This document shows, one piece after another, positions 37,799 through 47,095 of a stretch of 64,000 bases of DNA (the first letter of the stretch is position 1; each line of letters opens with the position of its first letter). Both the position numbers and the translations under genes were made by a program. The stretch comes from Alphaproteobacteria bacterium (GTDB lineage: Bacteria; Pseudomonadota; Alphaproteobacteria; Bin95). The notes beneath the pieces are model-generated. The model did not search any database and had not been told where the DNA came from. It saw nothing but the letters and a program-made list of their open reading frames with translations. The stretch is from contig OZ219785.1 of assembly GCA_964291285.2 (NCBI GenBank), forward strand, positions 1,024,001-1,088,000. The letters are read 5' to 3'.

Positions 37799-39061
37799 AT
37801 GGCGCTATCCCTGAAACAGGCGGTCCGGAAGACCGCCATGCAGGCCATGCTCATGCGCGAGCGCCTTGAGTGCGGCCACGCCTACAACCCGGTCGCATAC
37901 CGGAACACCCAGAACCCCTATCCCGCCTATGCGGCGCTTCGGGACCGGGGCCAGGCGCACCGCAGCCGGCTGATGAATGCCTGGGTCTTCGGCCGCTACC
38001 CGGACGTGGCGGCGATCCTTCCCGACTGGCAGCGCTTCTCCAACGACGGCAGGAAGGCGAAGCAGCCGGGCAAGCGCACGGTCATCCCGGACCCCGGCAC
38101 GCCGTCCCTGCTGTCGCTCGACCCGCCGGACCACCGCCGGCTGCGCGGCCTGGTCAGCAAGGCGTTCACGCCGCGCGCGGTGAATGCGCTGGAGCCGCAT
38201 ATCCGCAGCCTCATGCACGAGCTTCTGGACGGCATCGACGACCTGTCCGGCTTCGACCTCATGGAGGTCGTCGCCAAGCCGCTGCCGGTGATCGTGATCG
38301 CGGAAATGCTCGGCGTGCCGGTGGAAGACCGCCCCCGGTTCCGGAGCTGGTCCGACCGCCGCGCGCGCATCCTCGAGCCGACGATCAGCGCGGAGGAACG
38401 CGCGGACGCCATTCTCGCCGGGGCCGACCTCGACGCCTATTTCGCGCCGCTCGTCGAGGAGCGCCGCGCCGACCCGCAGGACGACATTCTGAGCGGGCTC
38501 GTCCAGGCTGAGGAAGAGGGCGACCGGCTGGACGGAGACGAGATGATCGCCCTGTTGCGGCTGCTGCTGGTCGCCGGCAACGAGACCACCGTCAACCTGA
38601 TCGGCAACGGCATGCTGGCCCTGCTGCGCCATCCCGAACAGCTCCAGCGGCTCCGGGACGACCCCGCGCTCATCCCCTCGGCAGTGGAGGAGCTGCTGCG
38701 CTACGATTCGCCCGTGCAGCTGGACCTGCGGCGCATCGTCGAGGACTGCGACGTGAACGGCTTCCCGGTGAAGCGGGGCGAGGACATCGTGGTGCTGATC
38801 GGCGGCGCCAACCGCGATCCCGAACAGTTCGAGGACCCGGACGGGCTCGATGTCGGGCGCGAGGGGAACAGCCACATCTCCTTCGGGCGCGGCATCCACG
38901 CCTGCATCGGCGCGCCGCTCGCGCGGCTGGAGGCGCGCATCGCCATCGAGGTGCTGCTGGAGCGCTTCTCCTCGATCCGCCTCGCCGGCCCGCCGCCCCG
39001 CTTCCGCCCCAGCATCGTGCTGCGCGGCCTCGAATCCCTGCCGGTGGCGGCCTCGGTCTGA
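37799..39061 (+). CDS. Cytochrome P450
   Basis: DPPDHRRLR, AGNETT, EELLR, FGRGIHACIG heme motif. Confidence 0.95.
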   Translation: MALSLKQAVRKTAMQAMLMRERLECGHAYNPVAYRNTQNPYPAYAALRDRGQAHRSRLMNAWVFGRYPDVAAILPDWQRFSNDGRKAKQPGKRTVIPDPGTPSLLSLDPPDHRRLRGLVSKAFTPRAVNALEPHIRSLMHELLDGIDDLSGFDLMEVVAKPLPVIVIAEMLGVPVEDRPRFRSWSDRRARILEPTISAEERADAILAGADLDAYFAPLVEERRADPQDDILSGLVQAEEEGDRLDGDEMIALLRLLLVAGNETTVNLIGNGMLALLRHPEQLQRLRDDPALIPSAVEELLRYDSPVQLDLRRIVEDCDVNGFPVKRGEDIVVLIGGANRDPEQFEDPDGLDVGREGNSHISFGRGIHACIGAPLARLEARIAIEVLLERFSSIRLAGPPPRFRPSIVLRGLESLPVAASV

Positions 39062-39092
39062 TTGGTACCTGGCGCCGCCGAAAGGCGGCCGC

Positions 39093-40295
39093 CTATTGGC
39101 GAATCATGCAAACGGGATGGAATCCGACCGTGGCGTCCGACGGACCCTCCGCCTTGCGTTTGCGCAGATAGGTTGCATCGCGCTCTACGGTGACATTTGC
39201 ATATCGTTCCGCCATGGCGTCTATGGCAATCGCCTGCTGGTGAATGTGAGGGCGGGCGTCCTTCGGATCGGTGGAGGCATTGCCGCGGTATCCGGAAAAC
39301 TTCCGCGAATCAAACTTTTCCAGATCGAGAACGCCAACATTTATCAGCTTCGTGGCCGCAATTACCTTGTCCCGGACATTCGCTGGAACCGGCACGCGCC
39401 ACGCCTCGGCAAGCCCGATCACGGCTAATGCCGAATTGACCCCGTAGGTATGGTACCAGAACCCGCGGACCCCTCGGAAAGAGTTATTGTCGATATAGCC
39501 GTCCGGGAAGAACTTTTTGTCGATGTCCTGAAATATCCTGGCGAATGTCCGCGTCGCAAGTTCCTTGTCTTCGGTCCATGCGGCGTAAACCAACTCGCCA
39601 ATGCCTTGGTTGGCATACTGGTAGAAACCTCTGTCATCGCGGCGAGCCGCTTCAGCCCAGGGCCTGATATAGCGCCCGTACAGCCTGTGCGCGTAATCGT
39701 CCACGATCGCACGCTCCGAATCGTTCATCTCCGTTCTGAGGAAAATGGCCGGCACTAGGTAACTGCTGCCGAAACCCGCAGCGAATTGCGGGGCGTGCGC
39801 ATGACATCTGGCGGACGTCACACCCTTCCCGTCATAGCAACGACCGCCCGATCTGCGCACCTCTTCGACAGTCATCGTGTCGAGAATGGTTTCCGCTTGC
39901 GCAATCTGCACCACGAGCGATACCGCCTTGCGAATCTGGTCGGGATCTCCGGTTTTCACTGCCGTGTGCGTCGCTGCGAAAAGATATCGGGCCGGGTAGG
40001 AAATAGCTTCATGGTGAACAGTCAGCGAGTCGCTGCGCTTGAGGTGGTCCGCGTCCCAGTCATAGCCGATGACTTCCGCAATCTTGCCTTCGACGAAATC
40101 GTCCTCAAGCGTCATCTCCAGCCCCAGCCGGGACGTGTCGCAAGCGCCGATCCTGTCGCCATAGAAATACTTGGGAATGTGAAGTGACGCAGAGTCTACC
40201 GTCGTCAGCCCGGGACTCACGGTCTTGGCGGTCTGAACGCAAGCGGGCAGGGTGCAAATCACCATTGCGAGAAGGGGAACCGCACGCTTGAGCAT
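39093..40295 (-). CDS. Secreted/lipoprotein, possibly alginate-lyase-like helical barrel
   Basis: Signal with LPAC lipobox; YANQG and FWYHTYG motifs; lower GC than neighbours. Confidence 0.6.
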   Translation of the reverse strand: MLKRAVPLLAMVICTLPACVQTAKTVSPGLTTVDSASLHIPKYFYGDRIGACDTSRLGLEMTLEDDFVEGKIAEVIGYDWDADHLKRSDSLTVHHEAISYPARYLFAATHTAVKTGDPDQIRKAVSLVVQIAQAETILDTMTVEEVRRSGGRCYDGKGVTSARCHAHAPQFAAGFGSSYLVPAIFLRTEMNDSERAIVDDYAHRLYGRYIRPWAEAARRDDRGFYQYANQGIGELVYAAWTEDKELATRTFARIFQDIDKKFFPDGYIDNNSFRGVRGFWYHTYGVNSALAVIGLAEAWRVPVPANVRDKVIAATKLINVGVLDLEKFDSRKFSGYRGNASTDPKDARPHIHQQAIAIDAMAERYANVTVERDATYLRKRKAEGPSDATVGFHPVCMIRQ

Positions 40296-40336
40296 GTCCT
40301 TGTCTCCCTGGCGTTTGTCCCGGCTGCAGCCAAAAC

Positions 40337-41821
40337 CTACCCGCAGGCATACTCCGCGGCGAAGCGGCCGGCGCGGCGGCCGAAGACGCTGCCGGACATC
40401 AGGCCGGAGCCGCCCGGATAGTTCTCGAAGAACAGGCCGCCTACCAGTTCGCCGGCGGCGTAGAGCCCGTCTATGGGGCGCCCGGAAAGGTCCTGGACGC
40501 GGTTCTCATTGTCGATCTGCAGGCCGCCGAAGGTGAAGGTGACGCCCGTGGTGGTGACGAAGGCGACATAGGGCGGGCTGTCGATGGGCAGCGCCCAGTT
40601 GGTCTTGTCCGGGCTCAGCCCCTCGGTCGAGACGCCGTCGAGCACGGCGGGATTGTAGGCGTTGGAGGACCGGCACGCGGCGTTGTAGCCGCGGACCGTC
40701 TTCGCGAGCGCCGCCGGATCGATCTCCAGCCCGGCCGCCAGTTCCTCGATCGAGTCCGCCTCCACTTTCGTGACTTCGCGGATGCGGTATTCGTCGCGCA
40801 GCATGTGGACGGTCTTGGCGTCGAAGATCTGCGCGCACCAGCGATGCGGCTGTTCCATGATGGCGCGGCCGAAGCGCACATAGGTGAGGTTGCGGTAGTC
40901 CTCGCCCTCGTCGACGAAGCGCTCGCCGTCGAGGTTCACCATGATGCCGAGCGGGTAGCTGTGCTTCTGGAAATTGTCGCCGACGGCGCGGTCCCCGTAG
41001 GGCGGGGCGGAGATGTCCCAGCCGACCGAATGGCAGCCGGACCAGTTGCCGTGCGGCCGCGCGCCGGCCTCCAGCGCCATGCGGATGCCGTCGCCGGTAT
41101 TGTGGCGGGTGCCGCGCACGCGGGCCAGGTCCCAGCCGTGGCCGAGATAGCGCGCGCGCATCTCCGGATTGGCCTCGAAGCCCCCGCAGGCGAGCACCAC
41201 CGAGCCGGTCTCCAGCACTTCGTAGCCCTCCGGCGTGCGCAGCCGGAGGCCGGTTATGCGCCCGGTGTCGTCCTGCACGAGGCCGGTCGCGCCGGTCTCG
41301 TAGCGGATCCCGATGCCGACCGCTTCGGCGCGGCGCAGCAGGAAATCGACCAGCCCCGCGCCGCCGCCGACGGCCTCGATGTTCACGCCGCCGTAGAACA
41401 CCTGCTTGCCGTCCACCTCGTAGGACTGGCGGCCGAACATCGGCACGAAGCGCACGCCGTTTTCCCGCAGCCACGCCATGGCCGGGCGCGACCCGTCGAT
41501 CAGGGTCCAGGCGAGGTCCTCCTCGGCCTGGTGGCGCGTCACCTTCATCAGCGTGTCGTAGAAGAACTGCCGGTCGTGGGTGGGGAGCTCGATGCGCGCC
41601 TTCTCCGCGTCCGAGAGGTCGGTCAGCACGTCGATGCAGACATCCTCCAGCCCGTCATGGACGAAGCGGAAGCCGCCGGCGGTGAAGAAGGAATTGCCGC
41701 CCCGCTCCTCCTCCGGCGCCTTCTCCAGCACCACCACGCGCGCGCCCTTCTCCCGCGCCGAAATCGCCGCGCACAGGGCCGCATTGCCGCAGCCGACGAC
41801 CGCGACATCCCATGCCGTCAT
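40337..41821 (-). CDS. tcuA: FAD-dependent tricarballylate dehydrogenase TcuA-like
   Basis: VVGCGNAA, RGGNSFF, GGFEAN, YPGGSGLMSG. Confidence 0.82.
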   Translation of the reverse strand: MTAWDVAVVGCGNAALCAAISAREKGARVVVLEKAPEEERGGNSFFTAGGFRFVHDGLEDVCIDVLTDLSDAEKARIELPTHDRQFFYDTLMKVTRHQAEEDLAWTLIDGSRPAMAWLRENGVRFVPMFGRQSYEVDGKQVFYGGVNIEAVGGGAGLVDFLLRRAEAVGIGIRYETGATGLVQDDTGRITGLRLRTPEGYEVLETGSVVLACGGFEANPEMRARYLGHGWDLARVRGTRHNTGDGIRMALEAGARPHGNWSGCHSVGWDISAPPYGDRAVGDNFQKHSYPLGIMVNLDGERFVDEGEDYRNLTYVRFGRAIMEQPHRWCAQIFDAKTVHMLRDEYRIREVTKVEADSIEELAAGLEIDPAALAKTVRGYNAACRSSNAYNPAVLDGVSTEGLSPDKTNWALPIDSPPYVAFVTTTGVTFTFGGLQIDNENRVQDLSGRPIDGLYAAGELVGGLFFENYPGGSGLMSGSVFGRRAGRFAAEYACG

Positions 41822-41852
41822 GGCCTCGGTCCCCCCGGGGTCAGGTGTTCGT

Positions 41853-42269
41853 TCAGTCTTCCAGCAGGCCCGTCGCGGAGCCGAGAACGACCGTCTTGCC
41901 GTCCTGGTTCACCGTCTCGATGCCGATCTCCGCCACCGCCCGGCCGTCCTCGTCGCGGATGTCCTGCACCGTGGCGGTTGCGGTCAGCGTGTCGCCGGGC
42001 CAGACCTGGTTGGTGAAGCGCACGCCGTATTTGCGCACGTTCTCCGCCCCGAACAGGTCGGTGACCAGCGTGCCGGTCATGCCCATGGTCAGCATGCCGT
42101 GGGCGAACACGCCCGGATAGCCGGCGGCCTCCTTGCAGTAGAGGTCGTCGGTATGCAGCGGGTTGTAGTCGCCGCTGGCGCCCGAATACATGACGAGCTG
42201 GGTGCGCTTCAGGTCCTCGACCACGATCTTCTCGAAGGTCTGGCCGACCGAGATTTCGCTGGCTTTCAT
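41853..42269 (-). CDS. MaoC family dehydratase
   Basis: YSGASGDYNPLH, AHGM. Confidence 0.9.
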   Translation of the reverse strand: MKASEISVGQTFEKIVVEDLKRTQLVMYSGASGDYNPLHTDDLYCKEAAGYPGVFAHGMLTMGMTGTLVTDLFGAENVRKYGVRFTNQVWPGDTLTATATVQDIRDEDGRAVAEIGIETVNQDGKTVVLGSATGLLED

Positions 42270-42283
42270 CTTCCGGGTCCCCC

Positions 42284-42775
42284 TTATCCCTGATCGACCG
42301 GCCGTTCGGTCCTCACGCCGACGCCGCGCGCCCGGCAGACATGGTTGCCGTCCTGGTCGTAGTAATCGACAAGGCGCTCGGTGAAGGTGAGCTTGCCGGC
42401 GCGCCGGCTCTCCTTCTCCCAGGTCTCGCCCTGGCTGTAGCGCGCCGTCAGCACGTCGCCCGGCCGGACCGGGCGGGTATATTCGAAATGCTGCTCGGCA
42501 TGGAGGCCGCCGGACGTCGCCGGCTTGCCCTCGATGCCGGACGGGTTGCCGCCCGAGCCGAACCAGGCCTCGCCGTCCTTGATGCGCAGCGGGTATTCGG
42601 GGTCGAACTGGGCGACCGCCTGCGGGAAGGTCGGCGGGGCCACCTGGGCGCCCACCGGGTTGCCCTCGCCCTGGCCGGGATCGTGGTAGGCGGGGTTGTA
42701 GTCTCCGATCGAGCGGGCGAACATCATCACATGCGTGCCCTCGACCGGGAAGGTGACGGTCTTTTCGTCCGACAC
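42284..42775 (-). CDS. MaoC/FAS1-like dehydratase N-terminal hotdog subunit
   Basis: FARSIGDYNP, APPTF, LHAEQHFEY. Confidence 0.85.
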   Translation of the reverse strand: MSDEKTVTFPVEGTHVMMFARSIGDYNPAYHDPGQGEGNPVGAQVAPPTFPQAVAQFDPEYPLRIKDGEAWFGSGGNPSGIEGKPATSGGLHAEQHFEYTRPVRPGDVLTARYSQGETWEKESRRAGKLTFTERLVDYYDQDGNHVCRARGVGVRTERPVDQG

Positions 42776-42824
42776 GGGGCGGCTCTCCTTGCTTCGGTGC
42801 TGACCGGGCGACTATAGCGGGGCC

Positions 42825-43283
42825 ATGGACGCGGACAAGAGCGGGTTGCACCTCATCAAGCTGTCGGTCGGCACCGAGAGCGTGGAAGGGCTGGCGGGCT
42901 GGCAGGAGAGCCGCCGGGCGCACTGGAAGGCGGTGGAAGGCCGCGCCATCGCCAGGCACATCACCCGCATGACGCCGCGGCGGGGCGGGGAGATACTGGC
43001 CGGCGGCGGGTCGATCTACTGGGTCATCAGGGGCTTCGTGCAGGCCCGGCAGCGCATCCTCGCCTTCGAGCCGGCGCCGGGGGCGGGCGGCAGGCCGAGC
43101 TGCGCCATCCTGCTCGACGATGCGCTGGTCCGCGTGGCGCCGCGCGCCCACCGCCCGTTCCAGGGCTGGCGCTATCTCCGCGCCGAGGACGCGCCCGCCG
43201 ACCTTCCCGCGGACTATGCGGCCGAGGGCGACGCGCTGCCGCCCGGCCTCGCCGCCGAACTCGGCGAACTCGGGCTGCTGTAG
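42825..43283 (+). CDS. DUF1489 family protein
   Basis: LHLIKLSVG, TRMTPRR, GSIYWVI, FQGWRYL. Confidence 0.88.
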   Translation: MDADKSGLHLIKLSVGTESVEGLAGWQESRRAHWKAVEGRAIARHITRMTPRRGGEILAGGGSIYWVIRGFVQARQRILAFEPAPGAGGRPSCAILLDDALVRVAPRAHRPFQGWRYLRAEDAPADLPADYAAEGDALPPGLAAELGELGLL

Positions 43284-43285
43284 CG

Positions 43286-43531
43286 ATGGCGAAAGCGGCC
43301 AAAGACATGACCGGACCGCGACGACCGGAATTGCTGGACCTGGTGGCCGTGCTCGCGAGTCCGGGCGATCCGGAGATTCGGGCAGGCGATGTCGGCACTG
43401 TCGTTGAGCTCCTGCCGCCCGACGCCGTGGAAGTCGAGTTCCTGAGCCGCGACGGCCGAACCCGGCATGTCGGCACATTGCCCCTGAGCGGTGTACTGGC
43501 CCTCAACCGCGAGCGAACCCGCGTGGCCTGA
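43286..43531 (+). CDS. DUF4926 domain protein
   Basis: GDVGTVVE, VEVEF...DGRT. Confidence 0.75.
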   Translation: MAKAAKDMTGPRRPELLDLVAVLASPGDPEIRAGDVGTVVELLPPDAVEVEFLSRDGRTRHVGTLPLSGVLALNRERTRVA

Positions 43532-43553
43532 CACGGCGCTGCGGCCTCCCTTT

Positions 43554-43979
43554 TCAGGCCGCGGGGGCCTTCCACCGCTTCCGCTGGCGGCGGACGGCGA
43601 GGCGGCGGCGGCGCTCCATGCGGTGGCGCCGGAGGAATTTGCGCAGGGTCGACTCGTCGAACCGTGCGCCCTCGGCGGCCAGCGCCTCGCTCAGCGCCCG
43701 GCTGGTCAGCTCCGGGCGCGCCTCCAGGATGCGGACGATCCGGTCGCGCTCCGCCTCCACCCGCGAGGGAGGGCCGACGCGCCGCGTATCCGGCCGCACA
43801 TGCCCGCGTTCGCGAAACCGCTTCACCCAGCAGTTGACGCTCCTGGCGGCCAGCCCGAACCGGGCCGCCGCCCCCCGGCCGCTCATGCCCTCCTCCAGCA
43901 CCGCCGCCACCGCCCGCTCCCGCAGTTCCACGCCGACCGCCCGGCCCCGCCGGGATTCCGTCAGGATGCCGTCCGCCAT
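43554..43979 (-). CDS. IS630-family transposase N-terminal HTH protein without DDE domain
   Basis: ELRERAVAAV..GMS.R.AAARFG, WVKRFRE, second HTH STLRKFLRR; ends in a basic tail. Confidence 0.72.
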   Translation of the reverse strand: MADGILTESRRGRAVGVELRERAVAAVLEEGMSGRGAAARFGLAARSVNCWVKRFRERGHVRPDTRRVGPPSRVEAERDRIVRILEARPELTSRALSEALAAEGARFDESTLRKFLRRHRMERRRRLAVRRQRKRWKAPAA

Positions 43980-44192
43980 CCCTTGCTCCTTTCCGTCCCC
44001 GTCCGCCGCGGGCCAACCCACCCGCCCGAACGGCGCATCGCCGCCATCTCCGCGCGCGCACCTTCCCCGTTTGCCGCCCGGCCCCCGGCCGCCGGCAGTT
44101 TCCCTTGAAAATCGAGCCGGAACGGACGCCGCAATGCGCCCGGCCCGCCAGCCCGTCAGGTCATGCCCCCGCTCTCTCTGTGCATCGGAGTG

Positions 44193-44225
44193 GAACTTAT
44201 ATAGAACAAAAAGGGATAATGTCAA
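44193..44225 (-). promoter_or_regulatory. Sigma70-like promoter (TTGACA-16-TATATA) overlapped by alphaproteobacterial LexA box GAAC-N7-GAAC
   Basis: GAACTTATATAGAAC at 44193-44207; TGTCAA at 44220-44225. Confidence 0.72.
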
Positions 44226-44240
44226 GCCGAAAACGCCGCC

Positions 44241-44264
44241 CCTTCGACAGGCTCAGGATGAGGG
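44241..44264. repeat. REP-like unit CCTTCGACAGGCTCAGGA
   Basis: Same unit occurs twice more at ~57250-57292. Confidence 0.65.
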
Positions 44265-44284
44265 ATTTGCCGGGATTGCCGCGC

Positions 44285-45715
44285 CTAGACGGCGAGGGCG
44301 AGCAGGCGGTCGAGGTCGAGATGCGCCTCCAGATGGTCGGCGAGGGCGTCCAGCACGGCGTCGGTCTCCGCCTCCCAGGCCCGTTGCCGCTCAGCGCCCA
44401 TGCGCGCGAGGAAGCGTTCTCGGAACCCGTCATTGGCGAACAGGCCGTGGCAGTAGGTGCCGAACACGAGGCCGTCTTCGGAGACCGCGCCCTCCGGCCG
44501 CCCGTCGAGATCGAGGAACGGCCGCGCCAGCGCAGGCCCGGACGAGCGGCCCATGTGGATTTCGTAGCCGGTGAGCCCGTCGGCAGTACGGACCGGCTCG
44601 GTGCGTTTTTCGCCCGTCAGCACCGTCTCAATGTCGAGCAGACCGAGGCCGGCGCTCGATCCCGGCGGGCCTTCCACGCCGTCCGGGTCGGACACGGACC
44701 GGCCCAGCATCTGGAAGCCGCCGCAGAGCCCCAGCACGCGCCCGCCCCGGCGCAGATGGGCGCGGATGTCGATATCCCAGCCCTGGTCCCTGAGGAAGGC
44801 GAGGTCGGCCCGCGTGTTCTTGCTGCCGGGCAGCACGGCGAGGCCGGTATCGCCCGGCAGCGCCTCGCCGGGGCGCACGAAGCGGACGCCGACCTCGCCG
44901 GCGAGCGGGTCGAGATCGTCGAAATTGGCGATCCGCGGATAGCGGAACGCGGCGACGCGCGGCGGCCCCGCCGACGCCCGGTCCGCTTCCAGAGCCATGG
45001 AGTCCTCCGCGGGCAGCTTGCGGGCGTCCTCGAACCAGGGCACCACGCCGAGGCAGGGCAGCCCCGCGAGACGCTCCAGCGCGGGAATAGCGGGGTCGAA
45101 CAGGGCGGGGTCGCCGCGGAACCTGTTGACGATATAGCCGCACAGCCTTGCCGCATCGGCGGGCGGCAGCACATGGCGCGTGCCGGCGATCGCCGCGATG
45201 ACCCCGCCCCGGTCGATGTCGGCGACCAGCACCACCGGCAGCCCGGCCGCCTCGGCGAAGCCCATATTGGCGATGTCGCCCTCGCGCAGGTTGATCTCCG
45301 AGGCGCTGCCGGCCCCCTCGACCAGGACGAGGTCGGCATCGGCGGCCAGCCGGCGGAAAGCGTCGAGCGCGCCGTCCAGCAGGCCGGCCTTCAGGCGCGC
45401 ATAGTGCTTCGCGTCCGCCCGCCCGACGGCGCGCCCGGCCAGCACGACCTGCGCGCCGAGTTCGGACTCGGGCTTCAGCAGCACCGGGTTCATGTCCACA
45501 TGCGGCGCCACGCCGGCGGCCCGCGCCTGCAGCGCCTGGGCGCGGCCGATCTCGCCGCCTTCCGGCGTGACCGCGGCATTGTTCGACATGTTCTGCGGCT
45601 TGAACGGTCTGACGCTGAGGCCGCGCCGCGCCCAGGCCCGGCAGAGCCCCGTCACGATCAGCGACTTGCCGGCATCGGAGCCGGTCCCCTGCACCATCAG
45701 CGCCCTGGCCGGCAT
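44285..45715 (-). CDS. cobQ: Cobyric acid synthase
   Basis: [43 protein letters not shown]. Confidence 0.95.
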   Translation of the reverse strand: MPARALMVQGTGSDAGKSLIVTGLCRAWARRGLSVRPFKPQNMSNNAAVTPEGGEIGRAQALQARAAGVAPHVDMNPVLLKPESELGAQVVLAGRAVGRADAKHYARLKAGLLDGALDAFRRLAADADLVLVEGAGSASEINLREGDIANMGFAEAAGLPVVLVADIDRGGVIAAIAGTRHVLPPADAARLCGYIVNRFRGDPALFDPAIPALERLAGLPCLGVVPWFEDARKLPAEDSMALEADRASAGPPRVAAFRYPRIANFDDLDPLAGEVGVRFVRPGEALPGDTGLAVLPGSKNTRADLAFLRDQGWDIDIRAHLRRGGRVLGLCGGFQMLGRSVSDPDGVEGPPGSSAGLGLLDIETVLTGEKRTEPVRTADGLTGYEIHMGRSSGPALARPFLDLDGRPEGAVSEDGLVFGTYCHGLFANDGFRERFLARMGAERQRAWEAETDAVLDALADHLEAHLDLDRLLALAV

Positions 45716-45762
45716 GGTGTCGGGCCCGCTTCGAGAGGGACCGGGACCGGCGCTCCGGCCCG

Positions 45763-46461
45763 CTAGAACCGGCTCAGTGCCTCGCGAAGCGCGTCGGCCC
45801 CGGGGTTGGCGTGGGCGCGCTCGATGACAATGGCGTGAGGCGTTGCGCCCTCCTTGTAGAAGGCCCGGTTCCAGTCCTGGCGGCGCGCGATCACCGCGCC
45901 TTCCAGGGAGGCGCCGGCGAAGAGGCCCTGGCTTGTGGAGAAGGTGAGAATGTCGGGCCCGACATTGCTGGTTGTCGCGCCCTCTATGCCCGCGCCTTTG
46001 GGGCCGGCGGCGACGGAAGCATCGGCGCCGAGCTTCATCTGGTTTTCTAGCACGGCCTCGAGGGCGCCGCTCGTGCGCATCAGCAGCATCGCCTCGGCGG
46101 TCTGGCCGCCGATCTGCAGGCCGAAGCTCACCGATGCCATGGTGTAGAACGCCGGGTAGCTCCACGATCCCTTCTCATTGCGGGTCAGCAACACGCCGCT
46201 GCCGCCCTCGCCGCCCACCAGGAACGCGCCCTTGATGAGGGTCGGGAAGATCAGCACGGCCTTTGCCTGGCCGAGAAAGCGCCTGAGGTTGGGCCCGACA
46301 TCCGGGTCGCGGGCAAGGCGCTGGACTGTGATCCGGGCCTTGTCCACGAGCTCGGTTGCCTCCGTTTCTTCGGTCGAGGCCGCTGCGGGTGCCGACCACA
46401 AGGCCGCAACCAGCAGGAGCGGGAGGATCGGGCGGGCTGACATGTGCTTCATCGGCGCCAT
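45763..46461 (-). CDS. YSC84/SYLF lipid-binding domain protein
   Basis: Signal peptide, [25 protein letters not shown]. Confidence 0.88.
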   Translation of the reverse strand: MAPMKHMSARPILPLLLVAALWSAPAAASTEETEATELVDKARITVQRLARDPDVGPNLRRFLGQAKAVLIFPTLIKGAFLVGGEGGSGVLLTRNEKGSWSYPAFYTMASVSFGLQIGGQTAEAMLLMRTSGALEAVLENQMKLGADASVAAGPKGAGIEGATTSNVGPDILTFSTSQGLFAGASLEGAVIARRQDWNRAFYKEGATPHAIVIERAHANPGADALREALSRF

Positions 46462-46465
46462 GCTC

Positions 46466-47095
46466 CTAGAACTCAATGCCGATCTGAGCCTTCACACCGG
46501 CGCGGAAAGGGTGCTTCACGAGAGTCATTTCGGTGACGAGGTCGGCAACTTCAATCAATTCGGGCTTCGCATTGCGCCCGGTGACGACGACATGCAGGTT
46601 CTCCCGGCGGTTTGACAGCGCCGACAGCACCCGGTCGAGGTCCAGATAGCCGTAACGCAGCACGATGTTCAGCTCGTCGAGGATCACCATGGCGTTCGAC
46701 GGGTCGGCCATCATGGCTTCCGACATTTCCCAGGCGGCTTCGGCGGCGGCGATGTCGCGCGCGCGGTCCTGCGTCTCCCAGGTGAAGCCCTCGCCCATGG
46801 CGCGAATCTCGACCAGCTCCGGGAAACGGGCGAACACCTCGCGCTCGCCCGTCTTCCACACGCCCTTGACGAACTGCACCACGCCGACCTTGAGGCCGTT
46901 GCCGACGGCGCGGGCCGCCAGCCCGAAGGCCGCGGTCGATTTGCCCTTGCCCTTGCCGGTATGGACGATCAGAAGGCCTTTTTCGATCGTCTTGCCGGCC
47001 AGCATCCGGTCACGCGCGGCCTTACGCTTGCGAGCCTTCTCGTTCGCCCGGGCGTTGACGGCCTCCTCGTCGAGAGAGCCGGTCTCTCGGCTCAT
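46466..47095 (-). CDS. cobO: Cob(I)yrinic acid a,c-diamide adenosyltransferase
   Basis: TGKGKGKSTAAFG, GFTW, LDELN, TGR. Confidence 0.95.
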   Translation of the reverse strand: MSRETGSLDEEAVNARANEKARKRKAARDRMLAGKTIEKGLLIVHTGKGKGKSTAAFGLAARAVGNGLKVGVVQFVKGVWKTGEREVFARFPELVEIRAMGEGFTWETQDRARDIAAAEAAWEMSEAMMADPSNAMVILDELNIVLRYGYLDLDRVLSALSNRRENLHVVVTGRNAKPELIEVADLVTEMTLVKHPFRAGVKAQIGIEF

